Source: Octopus bimaculoides
Lineage: Eukaryota
Direction: 5' to 3'
NCBI RefSeq assembly: GCF_001194135.2
Contig: NC_068994.1
Location: 2,223,394-2,279,339, forward strand
DNA: 55,946 nt
Shown in pieces: positions 38,260 to 51,165 of this stretch. The first letter of the stretch is position 1; each line of letters opens with the position of its first letter. Under the pieces are notes generated by a model. It ran no database searches, was not told where the DNA came from, and saw only the letters and a list, made by a program, of their open reading frames with translations. A program made the position numbers and the translations under genes.

Positions 38260-38301
38260 CTGCGTCAAGTGGAGGGTCTGCTGGGAAACGAGCATTCAAT
38301 G
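38260..38301 (+). CDS. Secreted micro-exon gene, exon 4 (42 nt, phase 1-1, AASSGGSAGKRAFN)
   Basis: Acceptor actttgcAG, donor ATG|GTAAGT at 38302; encodes Gly-Lys-Arg. Confidence 0.75.
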
Positions 38302-38304
38302 GTA

Positions 38305-38412
38305 AGTAGATACTACCATTACTACTACTATTACCACTATCACTATTACTACTGCTGCTGCTACCACCACTACTACTACTACTACTACTACCATCACCAC
38401 CACCACCACTAT
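38305..38412. repeat. (CTA)n/(CCA)n microsatellite
   Basis: Seen directly. Confidence 0.9.
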
Positions 38413-39157
38413 GAAGTATGACACCTTGCCAGTCGATGAGATGGCCATATTTTCAATGGTGACTTGATATTTGCCTTATAGCAGCAACAGCAACAGTAAT
38501 TCTCTGGGAGTTTCTCCTTTGATCTCTGTTGAGGATTGTTGAGGGCTGAGCTCATTTCTGGCTTTACTTTCCATCCTTCCAGTTTTTGGTAATGTCAATA
38601 TCAAATGTTGTAAATGTTGTTGTTGTTGCTGCTGCTGCTGCTGTTGTTGTTGTTGTTGTTGCTCAACCTCTGTTCAACCCTGATCAGGCGGACTTACTGG
38701 GGGGGTACCCAAAAGTAACCAGAAACGTTCTCTGTGGGACAAACCCATTGTAGTTTCTTGCTCTCTGCAAGATGTAGAAAGGTGACAACTGAGGCATTAA
38801 GAGGCCTCCCTTCACAAGAGTTCCAGGACTGCTTCGAACAGTGGGAAAAGCGTCTGGACTGATGCATGGCTTCAAATGGAGAATACACCAAAGGCAATGA
38901 AAGTGTTGACACGTAAAAGTATGGGAATAAAACCATATTACTAAATTCCAGTTTCTTTTTGGGTACCTCTCATATAAGCAAAATTATCTCACTTGTTCCA
39001 GCCTGGACCATCTCACTTTGTTTAATGTGTCCTTCCTTCTATTGAAGTGTCATTTGCAGAAGATTTAGCTATCATTTCTAGCCTGTCAAGTGACTGTTGT
39101 TGTTGTTGTTGTCACAACTGATGTTATCCTTATAACGATGGCCATTATCTCTTCCAG

Positions 39158-39228
39158 GAGGTCCACCCGTAGGAGGCAGTGGAAACGATTTAAATGCCTT
39201 GAAGACAAAAGAGATGGAACTGGATTAA
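39158..39228 (+). CDS. Secreted micro-exon gene, probable terminal exon (GGPPVGGSGNDLNALKTKEMELD*)
   Basis: Acceptor tctcttccAG at 39156-39157; phase-1 frame open to TAA at 39226-39228; AATAAA near 39501 and 39783. Confidence 0.55.
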
Positions 39229-40109
39229 CTGGCACCATTATTCTTGTTGTTCCTATCACAATGAAGAAATGTTCAAGGAAACATGAACATTCTGCAGACT
39301 TTCACAACTGTCTTGGCTTCCTAAACATTTAAGAAACTTCCTTTAATATTCCTTCCCAATTCTTGCAGTAATCTGGAAGATTCCAGATGTTGTCTACATG
39401 GAAACTTTTAAACTTAATTTCCATGAAAATTCCATTTGTTGATGGCAGAACATTCTGGATGTTTCCAGTTTGATGTTAAAATATAAAGTGCAACCTTCAT
39501 CAATAAAATCTAAATTCTAATGTCTCCATGTTTTACTCTTTATTTGTCATATCATACCATTACAGAAATACATGAGGACCATGTAGACAATATCATAACA
39601 CTATAGAAATATGCATGTGGACGTAAAGATACATGTGACGATGTAGCCAAGAAACCATGTATCCTACAACCAATAGTATACTACAGTAACACATGTAGCC
39701 ATGTCCCCATGTGGTCAACCTAAGCAAAAGAATATGTAGGAAAGATAAGTGAGTTAATTTGTTTATAAATTAATGGAAGCTCAATAAATAAATAAGAGTT
39801 AATAGACATGTTTAATTTAAGAAATTAGGACACAGCAGGTCATGCTACTCCAGACTGATGATGAGCAAAGACTCAGAAACATGTCTCTGGATGCTGGCTT
39901 AGCTGGGTGGAGGTGCTTCTCTCCCCCTTGTAAACATAAGGACACAGGAAATGTGTCAAGGCCAACAGGAAGCAGTGCAGCTTCCTAGGTCTAACCAACA
40001 GTAGTATTATTCCCTTCAGGGGACTGTCACATTAAGTTGACAGCATACAACTACTTCATTGTATTCCCGGAATCATTGGAAATTTTTTTTTTCTTTGAAT
40101 GAATTCCTG

Positions 40110-40470
40110 TGACCACCTAATATGCTACAAAACCCTTTTTGGGGTCCGAAAAACGGAGTGGGTGTAGGTGGAAGCTTCGGAAATTTCACCCCCCCACCCC
40201 CATTGATCTTTTCACTAAGGAAAAATAAATAAATAAGCGATTTAAAATAAATATATCTTTGTTGTGTGAGAAAGTATATATATTCTGATGATAAAATATA
40301 GTATCTTTCAAAAACATCCTAAATTTGTAGACTCTATCTTGTGTGTTTAAGGAAAAAGACTTTATAGAAATAAATTTTCCAGAATGTGAATTACATGGTT
40401 CGTTATTGAATATATCCCCCACCTTTTTTTCCGAACCAAAATAAGGGATTTGCAGCATATTAGGAGGTCA
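40110..40470. mobile_element. MITE-like element with ~45-bp imperfect inverted repeats
   Basis: tgaccacctaatatgctacaaaacccttttt..ccgaaaa versus ttttccgaaccaaaataagggatttgcagcatattaggaggtca. Confidence 0.6.
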
Positions 40471-42527
40471 GGGTGCTTGATTCCACGCAAAAACCCGAGT
40501 TTTTTTTTTCATTCTTAGTGAAAATCGTGCGGGTGTTAATATAAAAATTTACCTAAAATAATGTTTCTTTAAAACTTTCCTTCACAAAAAAAAAAAAAAC
40601 ACAATTGCGATTTAAAATCGAGAAGTAAAAACAAAAAGACAGTTTTGGGTAATCACTGAATTATACCGTTCATATATTTAATGGACCTCATATGGGATTT
40701 CGAGCACAGGCGAAGGGACGTAACTCAATACTGAAAATTACGACGTCACTAGTTGTCATTGTCCACTATCCTAAGTGATATGAATTTACTAAATATTACA
40801 GGAATGAAAGAGGCGAAGCGGAAATAGTTCAGGCTGAAGTCTCCAATAATTCAAATTTCACCACGAGCATTATAATATAATGATGGACACCTTTCACAAC
40901 AACTACAAATAAAAAAAAGAGAAAATTATAACCTAGGGTGCAAATCTTAAGCTCATCTATGGCTGTCGTGTCTTTGTGATCAACATTAGAGAAATAAAAA
41001 CGAACAATGCGAATAGAATACAATCTGCAATTGACTTTCAGTGCAGAATGGTGTTAGAATAATTGTTATTTTCAAATATGAGTGGATAACGAGAACGTCA
41101 CTAGGAAACGTCGTATGTCCCGTCATTTATTTTAGTTCCCTTATCGAAGGATTTTATTCTTTGAAGGTTATTAGAATTTTGCTGGATTCTCAGTAATTGT
41201 TAATAATTAGTATGAAATAAGAATGTAAAGTATATTTAATGCCAAAGATTAAAAGTTAAAACATAATGATTAGGCACCACGGTACACTGCGATTGTCAAA
41301 CCGATATTTCTGAGTTGTATGAAAGTTCGCTATATTCCAGCGAATAAACATTATTTTTACTGTCAAAACCGAAAGTATTCAATAATCATAGTGAAAAAAA
41401 AAATGAGAAGACCCCACGGTGTCCGACATAGCCAGAAAAGTAATTGTCATATAAATCTCAGCTTACACCGGGTACTTGGCTATAGGTCCTACGAATTACA
41501 CCCAACACCGGTTACCGGCTTATCTATCTTGTTGTTAAGACACAAAATTCAGAGTTTATGAAACCATGTGTTTCTATTTTATCTCTGGTGTGCATTTTAA
41601 CCACTGCACAAAGCAGTGTCTTCTTAAAACCCTTTCGGTTTCCCTGTGATCCTCACGAGGACGAGACGATTATAAGAGAGTTATGTTGTTAATAATGTAA
41701 AGTTCCCAAACTCGCTCCATCAAACCTTCTTCCTCTGTGAATGTGAACATTTTGCCTATCAAATAATTAATTGTAAGTTTTATTTAAACTTTAAAACAAT
41801 GCATCTATATTATTATATATAGCTGTTTGCCAGCCGAGATTAAGCACATGATAAAAACGTTCAAGCTATGACCATCCCGTCTTATTTTTTGATAATTTAT
41901 AATTACATTATCTAATGTTCTCTTCCTTTTTTAAGACAATTATGTGATTTGAGGGGAAATTGGTTGCCTTTTATAACGGATTCAGAAGATCCTTGATTGG
42001 CAGGTGCTCTGACTAAAGAATTGTTTATATTGTAATAACTAGACATTGACGTAATCGATCTTTTACCAACCGTAAGAAGTGTTGAATTTTGGCGGCTATA
42101 AAAATGTTAGCCTTTGATTGGTTTACTCAAAGTAAACCAATAGGTGTCTATCTCACAAAAGTAAACAATAACCAAAAGTGATTATATTATCAAAATAGAG
42201 GCCCGAACACTCCATTCAATTATTCATCTTGCCAGTGTAAACTGGTTAACTCTTCAATAATTTGTCTCATTTTTTGAGATAGTTTTTTTTATGCCTATCA
42301 ATTAAATTTATTCACCTTTTTTTTTAAAAAAAAAGTATTTTAAAATGTTTTCTTCATATAACTGTAGTAGTGTTCCGCTCGTTTCCAGCGCTAGTTTTAA
42401 AAAGCTCATTGAAACCGTCGTCATAAGATATTGAACAATATTAACAGCTTCAGCAACCTGATTTCTCTCGACCTTTCATGGAAGGCACTAACAGCAGAAC
42501 CACATGGTATAATGTCTTTGAGTTAGA

Positions 42528-42711
42528 CCTATGACAGCGCACTTAGTTGTTGGAGCGTGTTTATAGAATATTTTGAAGTTACCAGATTCAGTCTCGTTTT
42601 CACTTGTACTAAAATAGCTCCTATGACAGCGCACTTAGTTGTTGGAGCGTGTTTATAGAATATTTTGAAGTTACCAGATTCAGTCTCGTTTTCACTTGTA
42701 CTAAAATAGCT
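42528..42711. repeat. 92-bp perfect tandem duplication
   Basis: cctatgacagcgcac...ctaaaatagct at 42528 and again at 42620. Confidence 0.92.
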
Positions 42712-42749
42712 AATAATGAAATACTTGCTCACATCCTTCAGCTCAAGAT

Positions 42750-43000
42750 ATATTCTCTGCTCCATAAATAAAAATCCAATCTACCATTTCTCATCACCGG
42801 TTATGGTTTCATTTCAGCCACCATGTCATTGGACAGAGAGAAACAAGATGTGTATAAGTTTGAGGTTTTTTGTCAAAGATAACGGAAGCCCATCTCTGAA
42901 TGACACAGCGAATGTTGTTGCTGAGATTCTCGATCAAAACGACAATGCTCCCTATTTTACATACCCTAGTAGTGACCCTTACACCCTAAATGTGCAGTAC
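42750..43000 (+). pseudogene. Protocadherin EC5-EC6 gene fragment, frameshifted
   Basis: Aligns to 52720-52969 with about 8 substitutions and a 1-nt T insertion (manual count); no flanking Pcdh sequence. Confidence 0.9.
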
Positions 43001-43699
43001 GAACCAGTGCTCTTTTCATAAAAAAAAGCACAATCGTTTGACAAACACTTGTATACAGAAAAAATGTTACATTTGTCATGTATTTAAACCTATTATAATC
43101 ATTTCATATGGTCTTCCCAGACTTGCCAGACAAACCTGAAAAATTATATCCTTCTTCAAAAGACAACTTTAAATAAATTAATGAGTATTTTTAATTACTT
43201 TTGATAAATGTAATAAAAAAAATAGTCCATGTTAAAAACGTGTATTTTTATTGTTTTTTCCTTCTTCTAATCGTCATTTGGGATTCAGCACATTTCACAA
43301 ATTAATCCGTGTTTAAAAAAATGAGGATAACTGATGTGACTAAGTCAGAAAATATAACAAGTCTACTGTATATGGAATGGTTTGAGACAAAGTCACTCCA
43401 CCTTCTTATGTAACAGTGAGAAAAGAGCACTCTGTAATAGTTTATTTAACCCTGATGCCTTTGTCAGTTCTGGTGTCTTAATTCCCATTTACATAATACT
43501 GTATCAGAATGTTTATAAACTAAATTTTTCACTGATTCCCTTTTCCCTCACTCACAAATGTGCCTCGTTTGAATTTAGGATTGTGATTGAGAAGACCTGG
43601 CAACTAAAGTGAGATCGCAGCCACACATGTCCGGCCCTGTTAAGAATACCCCTGATGCATTGGGTGATATGATATGCTAGAGAAGACCTGTTGAGTCAA

Positions 43700-44062
43700 G
43701 TAAAACCAATATTGTAGCTGGAGCCTGTGCCCCCTAACTGGCTCCCATGCTGGTAGCATGTAAAAAGCACCGACTGATCATGACCAATGCCAGTACCCCC
43801 TGACCGCCTCCTGTGCTGTTGGCATGTAAAAAGCACCATCTGAACGGGATCGTTGCCAGGCCTGCCTGACTGGCTCCTGAGCTGGTGGCAAGTAAAAATC
43901 ACCCACTACATTTTCAGAGTGGTTGACGTTAGGAAGGGCATCCAGCTGTCGAAACTTTGCCAGGTCAGATTGGAGCCTGGTGCAGCAGCTGGCTCTCCAG
44001 ACCTCAGTCAACTGTCCAACCCATGCCAGCAAGGAAAATAGATGTTAATCAATGATGATGAT
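43700..44062 (+). mobile_element. Family B repeat with internal tandem units
   Basis: actggctcc..ggcatgtaaaaagcacc units, then ggaagggcatccagctg...ccaacccatgccagc...aatgatgatgat. Confidence 0.82.
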
Positions 44063-45499
44063 AAGTAGCTATGTTATGTTTCTTCAGTTGTCACTTAATT
44101 AGTTTCTTCCTTGAAATGTTTGAAAACTTAAAATTCCATTTTTTGGCAGCAGTGTTACCAAATTTAGTTTGATCAAAGATGTAAGACTTATTATATAAGC
44201 TGGAGGTTAATTTGTCGAAGTCTGACTTAGGTCAACTAATTCTGTTAGAGCTCGTTTACCTAAGTCAAGAAAAAGACACAGACTGTGAGATTTGTGTACA
44301 ACCTCAATGTGTCAATAATGATATTCATATTGTCTCAATAATGATATTCATTTCTGGACAAAAGCAGACTGTCAGAGGATGTATTTTAAAACTTAACTCA
44401 GTTACATTTATTTAGAAAAGTGAAAATGATAAACTTGACAGATGTGGTATTGTAGACTCTTCCAGCCACTATTTTCTGTAGTTTAAATCCTCTACAGACA
44501 GAACTAGTTACCTGTAGCTGGGGAACAGTGGGCCTTTCATCATCATCATCATCATCACGTAACGTTCGTTTTCCATGTTGGTATGGGTTGGATGGTTTGA
44601 CAGGAGCTCTAATTGTCTGTTGTGGCATGGTTTCTGTAGTTTCTATGCCCTTTGTGAAAGAGATAATTAAACTTACAATAATGATCAGGAATATACTCTA
44701 CCACTTGTTTCAACCTGTTGGCTGTGGCATCTTCATCATCATCATTTAAGACCCACCTGTGCTAGGGTCTGATAAGTCTGGAGACTGCATCAAGCTTAAG
44801 TATTTGTTTAGGGTTAGGGTTTTCTATGGCTGGATGCTGTCCCTCAACACCAGCCACTTCACAATGTATTGGGTGCCTTTTTACATGTTTAATATTTTCA
44901 TATATTTCTTTTCTGTAATTGCAGATACAAAAGTCATCTGAGAAGAGAGTCTTTTTCTGTGAATACAGTTTAATGAACATAACAAGTAGGCCTTAGTCAA
45001 CATGACTAACTAAAGTAAGGACTTGAAATTGGTAAAATTCATCACAGTCATCAAATTACCAATTAAAGCAGTATCCTGTAAACCTAGCTCTCTCCTTTGC
45101 TGGTTTTTAACAACCCACACCTTTCCCTTTCTAGTTGAGAACATTGATCCAGGCCATCACACTACTCACAAACATCATCATCATCGTCATCGTTTAACGC
45201 CCGCTTTCCTTTTTCTACATATATACATAATTGCTTCAGCAACAACAAAAACCCATCTATCTCTTAACATTGATATTAGCATAGCTTTCACTCGCTTGAA
45301 ACCAAGTGCCTACAACCTGGAATTCTTGTTCAGATCATCAATAACACATTTACAATCTAGTTTCCGAATGATATACTACAAAGATCCATTTCCTCATCCA
45401 TTGTTTTTACCATATACCTACCCAATGTTCTCATTCGGGACTTCCAATCTCTCTACAATAAACTACATTTTACACATGTAGACCATTTGCTCTTGTGTA

Positions 45500-45950
45500 A
45501 ACAGTAAAAATGAAAGCTCATCAGAATATTCAAAGGACACCGTTTCTTTGTACTGCAACTTCCAAACCTCACCGTCCCCACCATGCATTAATATCCAGAT
45601 GTGTTTATAAGATAGCAGAAGATTGCTTCAACACTCTCATACAAATGCTCTCTTTTCCATTCAGTTCAGAAACATTAAAAAGACATTCATATAAAAATAT
45701 CTGCAGCATCAGCAAACACATCAGCCTCAAAGATTATGTGCTGGAATGTTTACTAACAATAAAAAGGGCAAATGAACAACAGCTGTGTCCACCTTGGCCA
45801 CCACCAGAATCCGATGGAGTGAATGCAACACTTCCCAAATTGTCACTCTGCACCTCATGTTGAAACGTGCTGTATGGTCTTCAACTTGGTGGAGGAATAG
45901 ATCTGTGGACTGCATTTTGTTGTTTGACCAACTTCTTGCATGCCACACAG
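45500..45950 (-). mobile_element. Highly decayed LINE reverse-transcriptase remnant
   Basis: Minus-strand PFLLLVNIP and FADAADIF in different frames resemble PLLF.LYVND and F/YADD; weak. Confidence 0.3.
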
Positions 45951-46774
45951 GTTTGCTTGATCAGGGCTACCAAGGCCGCACAACAATGCTATTTGTGTTA
46001 AGAATAAAGGTAAGTTTTTATTGTTTGCTTTATCTTTTTCACATAAGATAAAAACACAACTATTGTTGACATTTCATATGATGTACACCTCATAAGCAAA
46101 TCTTTGTTTTATGTAAACAGACAGCAAAAAAAAAAAATTCTTTAAATGTTATAATTTTGTTGTTGCTTAATATATATAGAATGTATCAGTTTTTAACTGC
46201 CTGAGGTCTGATTCTATATTATAAACTTATTGTTTTCAAGTGATCTAATCTAAAGTTTCCGACCAAAATTTCATATTAATTTCTGTTCCAAAAACCAGTT
46301 TAATAAAGTTGTTTTACTGAATTCTTTATATTCAAAATTGATTGGCGCAGAGGAAGTGTATTTGGTTAGGAATACAGTAACAAAAGTTTAGTAGTTGTTT
46401 TCTATTATGTGGCTGGCTATCAGATGGAGACAGTGTTGTGTGTAGTGTAGATGACAACCTCTCCAGTGCTGGTGCCATAATATAATGCAGTCTGAAAAAT
46501 GGTTGATGTTAGGAATGGGATCCAATTGTAGAAATGATGCCAAACATTGGAATGTACAAGCAAAAAAGCCTCTTCCAACCTCTGTAGGAGGGCAGTAACT
46601 TCAAATTGCAACTAACTCAGTCTGTAACAACCCATGCAAGCATGGGAAGTGGGCATAAGACGATGATAACAATGATTGTTTCATCTCTGAAATATTTTGT
46701 GAAATCCAGCAGCTCCAGGAAGCAGAGGCCATTACACGAGATGTAATGAAACACAAAGTAAGTGACAATATTGC

Positions 46775-47062
46775 CATCATCATCATCATCATCATCATCA
46801 TTTAACATACGCTTTCCGTGCTGGTATGGATTGGACAGTGACAGGAGCTGACTAGACAGAAGACTGCACCAGGCTTTAGTGTCTGTTTTGGCATGGTTTT
46901 TTTACGGTTGGATGCTCTTCCTAACACCAAGAGTGGACCAAATACTTTTTACATGGCACCAGCACAGGTGAGGTCAGTTTTGGCATGGTTTTTACAGCTG
47001 GATGCCTTTCCAAATGCCGACCACTTTACAGGTGTACAATGGATGCTTTTTACGTGGCACCT
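46775..47062 (-). mobile_element. Family B repeat, partly duplicated
   Basis: (CAT)n + ttaac..gctttcc.tgctgg; ctggatgcc...tttttacgtggcacc twice. Confidence 0.78.
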
Positions 47063-47249
47063 ACTAAATTAAAATGACTCATAAAATTTTATCTTTACTT
47101 CAGATTCACATGTTTATGGAAAAGTTCTCGATACAAGCCTTTTTTTCTCTTTGTTATAAATTGAAAACATAATCACGTGGGTGTGGGTGTGTGTGTCTAT
47201 TAAGAAAAACAAATATACACTTGGTTCATAACATTCCTCTTGCTGTGGC

Positions 47250-47480
47250 CACTGTCACACATTCTTTTCTACTGTAGGCACAAGGCCCGAAATTTTGGGG
47301 GAGGGGCCAGTCAATTAGATCGACCCCAGTATGCAAATGGTACTTAATGCATTGACCCCGGAAGAATGAAAGGCAAAGTCGACCTCGGCGGAATTTGAAC
47401 TCAGAATGTAAAGACAGACGAAATACCAGCAAGCATTTCGCCCGGAGTGCTAACGTTTCTGCCAGCTCACTGCCTTACCA
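47250..47480 (-). mobile_element. tRNA-derived SINE head/central part
   Basis: ggcaaagtcgacctcggcggaatttgaactcagaa...aagcatttcgcc, matching 35045-35205. Confidence 0.85.
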
Positions 47481-47552
47481 CTGTCACACATTAAGAAACC
47501 CACATATTAATATAAATAACTTCATTATATTTAACATTTTATACTAATTAGG

Positions 47553-47730
47553 TGCAGGAGTGGCTGTGTGGTAAGTAGCTTGCCTACCAACCACATGGTT
47601 CTGGGTTCAGTCCCACTGTGTGGTACCTTGGGCAAGTGTCTTCTACTACGGCCTTAGGCCGACCAAAGCCTTGTGAGTGGATTTGGTAGACAGAAAATGA
47701 AAGAAGCCCGTCGTATATATGTGTGTGTGT
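47553..47730 (+). mobile_element. tRNA/CORE-like SINE family C
   Basis: A-box-like tggctgtgtggtaag, B-box-like ggttcagtccc, CORE-like accttgggcaagt, (TA)/(TG) tail. Confidence 0.85.
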
Positions 47731-48026
47731 GTTATAATCCACGAAAGGCAACCCTTATGACAACCAAGGGACATAACTCTATTAAACCTGGAGTTACATC
47801 CCTTAGCAAGAATAGGTTTGAATTTTGTCACTTTGTTTATCATTCATTCAGAGTCGACAAGATTAAACGCCTATCGAGTATTTGGAGCGATTTTTATCGA
47901 CCGACTCCTTTCCCAAAATTTCAGGCTTTGTACCTTTCATAAAAAGCAATTATTACTATGTGTTACATTGTTGGATACACATACAATGTGTGCGTATATT
48001 TTCTGTTTAGACTTTATTTGTATACA

Positions 48027-48057
<31 letters not shown>

Positions 48058-48113
48058 CATATATATAAGTTCAATTAAAGGTTAAAAACCTCATTAAGGA
48101 ATAAGAAAATCCA

Positions 48114-48935
48114 ATGAATATACTCAGGGTAGGGTGCGCTGAAAGTGTAGTTGCTAGAATGAGAATAGCCTGGGCAAAGTTCAGAGAGCTCTTACCTCTG
48201 CTGGTGATAAAGGGCCTCTTGCTCAGAATAAAAGGCAGACTGTATGACGCATGTGTACGAACAGGCATGCTACATGGCAGTGAAACATGGGCCGTGACTG
48301 CTGAGGACATGCGTAAGCTTGCAAGGAATGAAACCAGTATACTCCGATGGATGTGTAATGTCAGTGTGCATACTAGACAGAGTGTAAGTACCTTGAGAGA
48401 AAAGTTGGACCTAAGAAGCATCAGTTGTGGTGTGCAAGAGAGACGATTGCGCTGGTATGGACATGTGGAGAGAATGGATAAGGATAGCTGTGTGAAAAAG
48501 TGCCACACCCTAGCAGTTGGGGGTACCTGTAGAAGAGGTAGGAAGACCTGGGATGAGGTAGTGAAGTACGACCTTCGAACATTGGGCCTCACCGAGGCAA
48601 TAACTAGTGACCAAGACCTTTGGAAATACGCTGTGCATGAGAAGACCCGGCAAGACAAGTGAGACCATAACCCGTGGTGTTTATCTGGTGTGAAGCCAGC
48701 TCACTTAGGCGTACCTTTCCTTCTTTGGACACAAAGCCCTGCTTGCGAAGACCTATTGAGGCAATCAAAACTGAACCAAATTCGATGACTGGCATCCATG
48801 CCAACCTTCCTTCATTGGACACTAAACTCAGCTTGCGAAGACCTGTTGGGGCAAGTGAGGTCAATCGATCGAAACTGAACCAAATTCGATGACTGGCACC
48901 CGTGACAGTGCAGGGGCTAAGAGCACCATCCGAGC
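48114..48935 (+). mobile_element. RTE-clade LINE fragment: ORF C-terminus (to 48662) plus 3' UTR with internal repeat
   Basis: KGRLYDACVR...HGSETW...RRLRWYGHV; closely similar to 29545-29885; UTR has gcttgcgaagacct..aactgaaccaaattcgatgactggca twice. Confidence 0.9.
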
Positions 48936-48940
48936 GGGAT

Positions 48941-49137
48941 TCTTAGTAGACATTCTCTCGACATCGTTCACACGTGCCTCACTCAGGCCCAGAAGTTACA
49001 GCCTGAGTTGTTATCTGTCATTGTAAAAATTAAAAGTAATTTAAATTGCAATCTATGAAAAGTTTCTGTTCTACAATGTTCTTAAAGAAACGAAAAATTA
49101 TCCAGCAACCCACGCTAATATTAGCTTAGTAGGTGTA
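48941..49137. repeat. Unclassified ~200-bp interspersed repeat, copy 1
   Basis: Same-orientation homolog at 55355-55563. Confidence 0.8.
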
Positions 49138-51165
49138 TATATACACACACACGCACACACATATGTACATATAAGTTTCAGTTAATATGTTTATTTTCTG
49201 TGAGGAACTAGTAATATATAATAGCTGCTCTTTATGAAAACAGAGATTATTTTAAATGTTACACTCATTTTCTCTTAATGGTACAATATTATCAACAGGA
49301 ATAAAAGAGCAGCAGACATTTTTGGGTTGGTTTACTTCCATTTCTTTACATTCTGTGTCCACATCTCACTGATATAGACTTTTGCCTTCATCCACTGAGG
49401 TTTATAATATAATTACCTGTTAATTACAGGTGTTGATGTTTGTCTCTCTCTTTTTCACAATGTGACCTCACAACTATATTAGAAATCTTACTGACATTAC
49501 CATGTAAATGTACTTAATGATAACCTTATGCATTTTTTTACAATTATTAGTAATTATGTTCTCATTTTCTCAGTTAATTTTAACATAAACTACATTACTG
49601 AGAAATTACTTTCTCATTTCATTCTGGTAACAGAGAATGTCACACAATCCTTTAAGAGAAACATATTTCTCCTGGTGGAATAAATGTTCAACAGAGCATC
49701 TCCNNNNNNNNNNNNNNNNNNNNNNNNNNNNNNNNNNNNNNNNNNNNNNNNNNNNNNNNNNNNNNNNNNNNNNNNNNNNNNNNNNNNNNNNNNNNNNNNN
49801 NNNNNNNNNNNNNNNNNNNNNNNNNNNNNNNNNNNNNNNNNNNNNNNNNNNNNNNNNNNNNNNNNNNNNNNNNNNNNATTATGTTTAATTATAAAATATT
49901 ATGCTTATTGACATATATATGTATGTCTGAAAATAGTAAATGTCGTCTTTGTGTGGATAAATGCATGGAATATATTATTAGATTGGTTTATTCCTACAAA
50001 CATACAACTTCCATAACACATGCAGCCCTATCCTAGCAGCAGACTATCTGCCTGACGTGCTACACTACTCCATCACCATACAGCCATTGTCACACCATTA
50101 CAGCAGCACTTACAATGGATCTTTCTACAACAATACATCTGTCAATTCTCACTGAATAACCAATGATATAATTATTAAAGAGGTAAGTTTCTATTTAATC
50201 TTTTATAATCATATTTGATGTAGTAAGTCTCATTGAATTTGTTAGATATTATTCTAACAGCTTTAATATTCTTTTCTACTTCAATAATAAAATTATTTTC
50301 AAAATCACATTTTGATAAAAACTTTATTAAAATTAGAAATGTTCAGAGATTTCGAGACTGGTTAGACTCTCGTAATTGCTTTCTTTTAGTAAACATTACA
50401 TACTCCAAATTGATTAATAAGTAACTTTCTTCATTTTAATATATAGATGGATGTAGCCATCAAAATTTGTTGCCTGCACTGAATCTCTACTGTTGCATTT
50501 CTCGTTTCCCTTCTCCCTAACCTTTAAGGCATCCCATTAACAAGATCATGTTAGTTAGTTTCTCACTGTAACTCTCCTCATTGGCTGACATTAATTGCTT
50601 TTCAGAAAAATTAACACACTTCCTTATGGCCTAAATTGGCCATTGTGAGCATGTTTTATACAACAATCCTCCATTGGTCTCCTTAAAACCAAACAGACAA
50701 GAGTAAAGTCAACTATAAGAATTGGTTGTATGTTAGCAGTCTGTGTTGTTAAGGATAAAGCTAAAGGATCTTTGGAATGGTTACTGAGATGTTAATGTGG
50801 CACCAGCTCCTGTGCTTTATACGTGGCACTATCACCAGTGCTTTTTATGAATGTATAATCTTCTTTCCAGCAGATATTCAAAATGACATGAAGCCTGTGC
50901 GTGTTGATGCCATTCACCATAGTTTGAAGTTATTTCATTCATGTCCAGGTGGAAGTCTTGCATGGAAGAAGTTCTTTTTTGGAAGAATCATTGATTAACA
51001 TTTACTTTAGCCTTATGTGAACAAGGTTGTGAAATGATGCCTAATAAATAATTTTCTGTTACACTACATGGAAATCTTGTTAAATTATGGACTTTTGTTT
51101 CTGTTTTAGATTTTATGTTCAGTCTATTGAGACATTTTTAATCAGTTCCAACACTTAACTAAAAC

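Noticed and set aside
39090-39332. 80-aa ORF with RR/KR sites overlapping the terminal micro-exon-gene exon
   Set aside because: Wrong frame for the phase-1 junction; starts in a (GTT)n repeat with no real ATG.
47553-47640. tRNA-like A and B boxes
   Set aside because: SINE head with no complete cloverleaf; not a tRNA gene.
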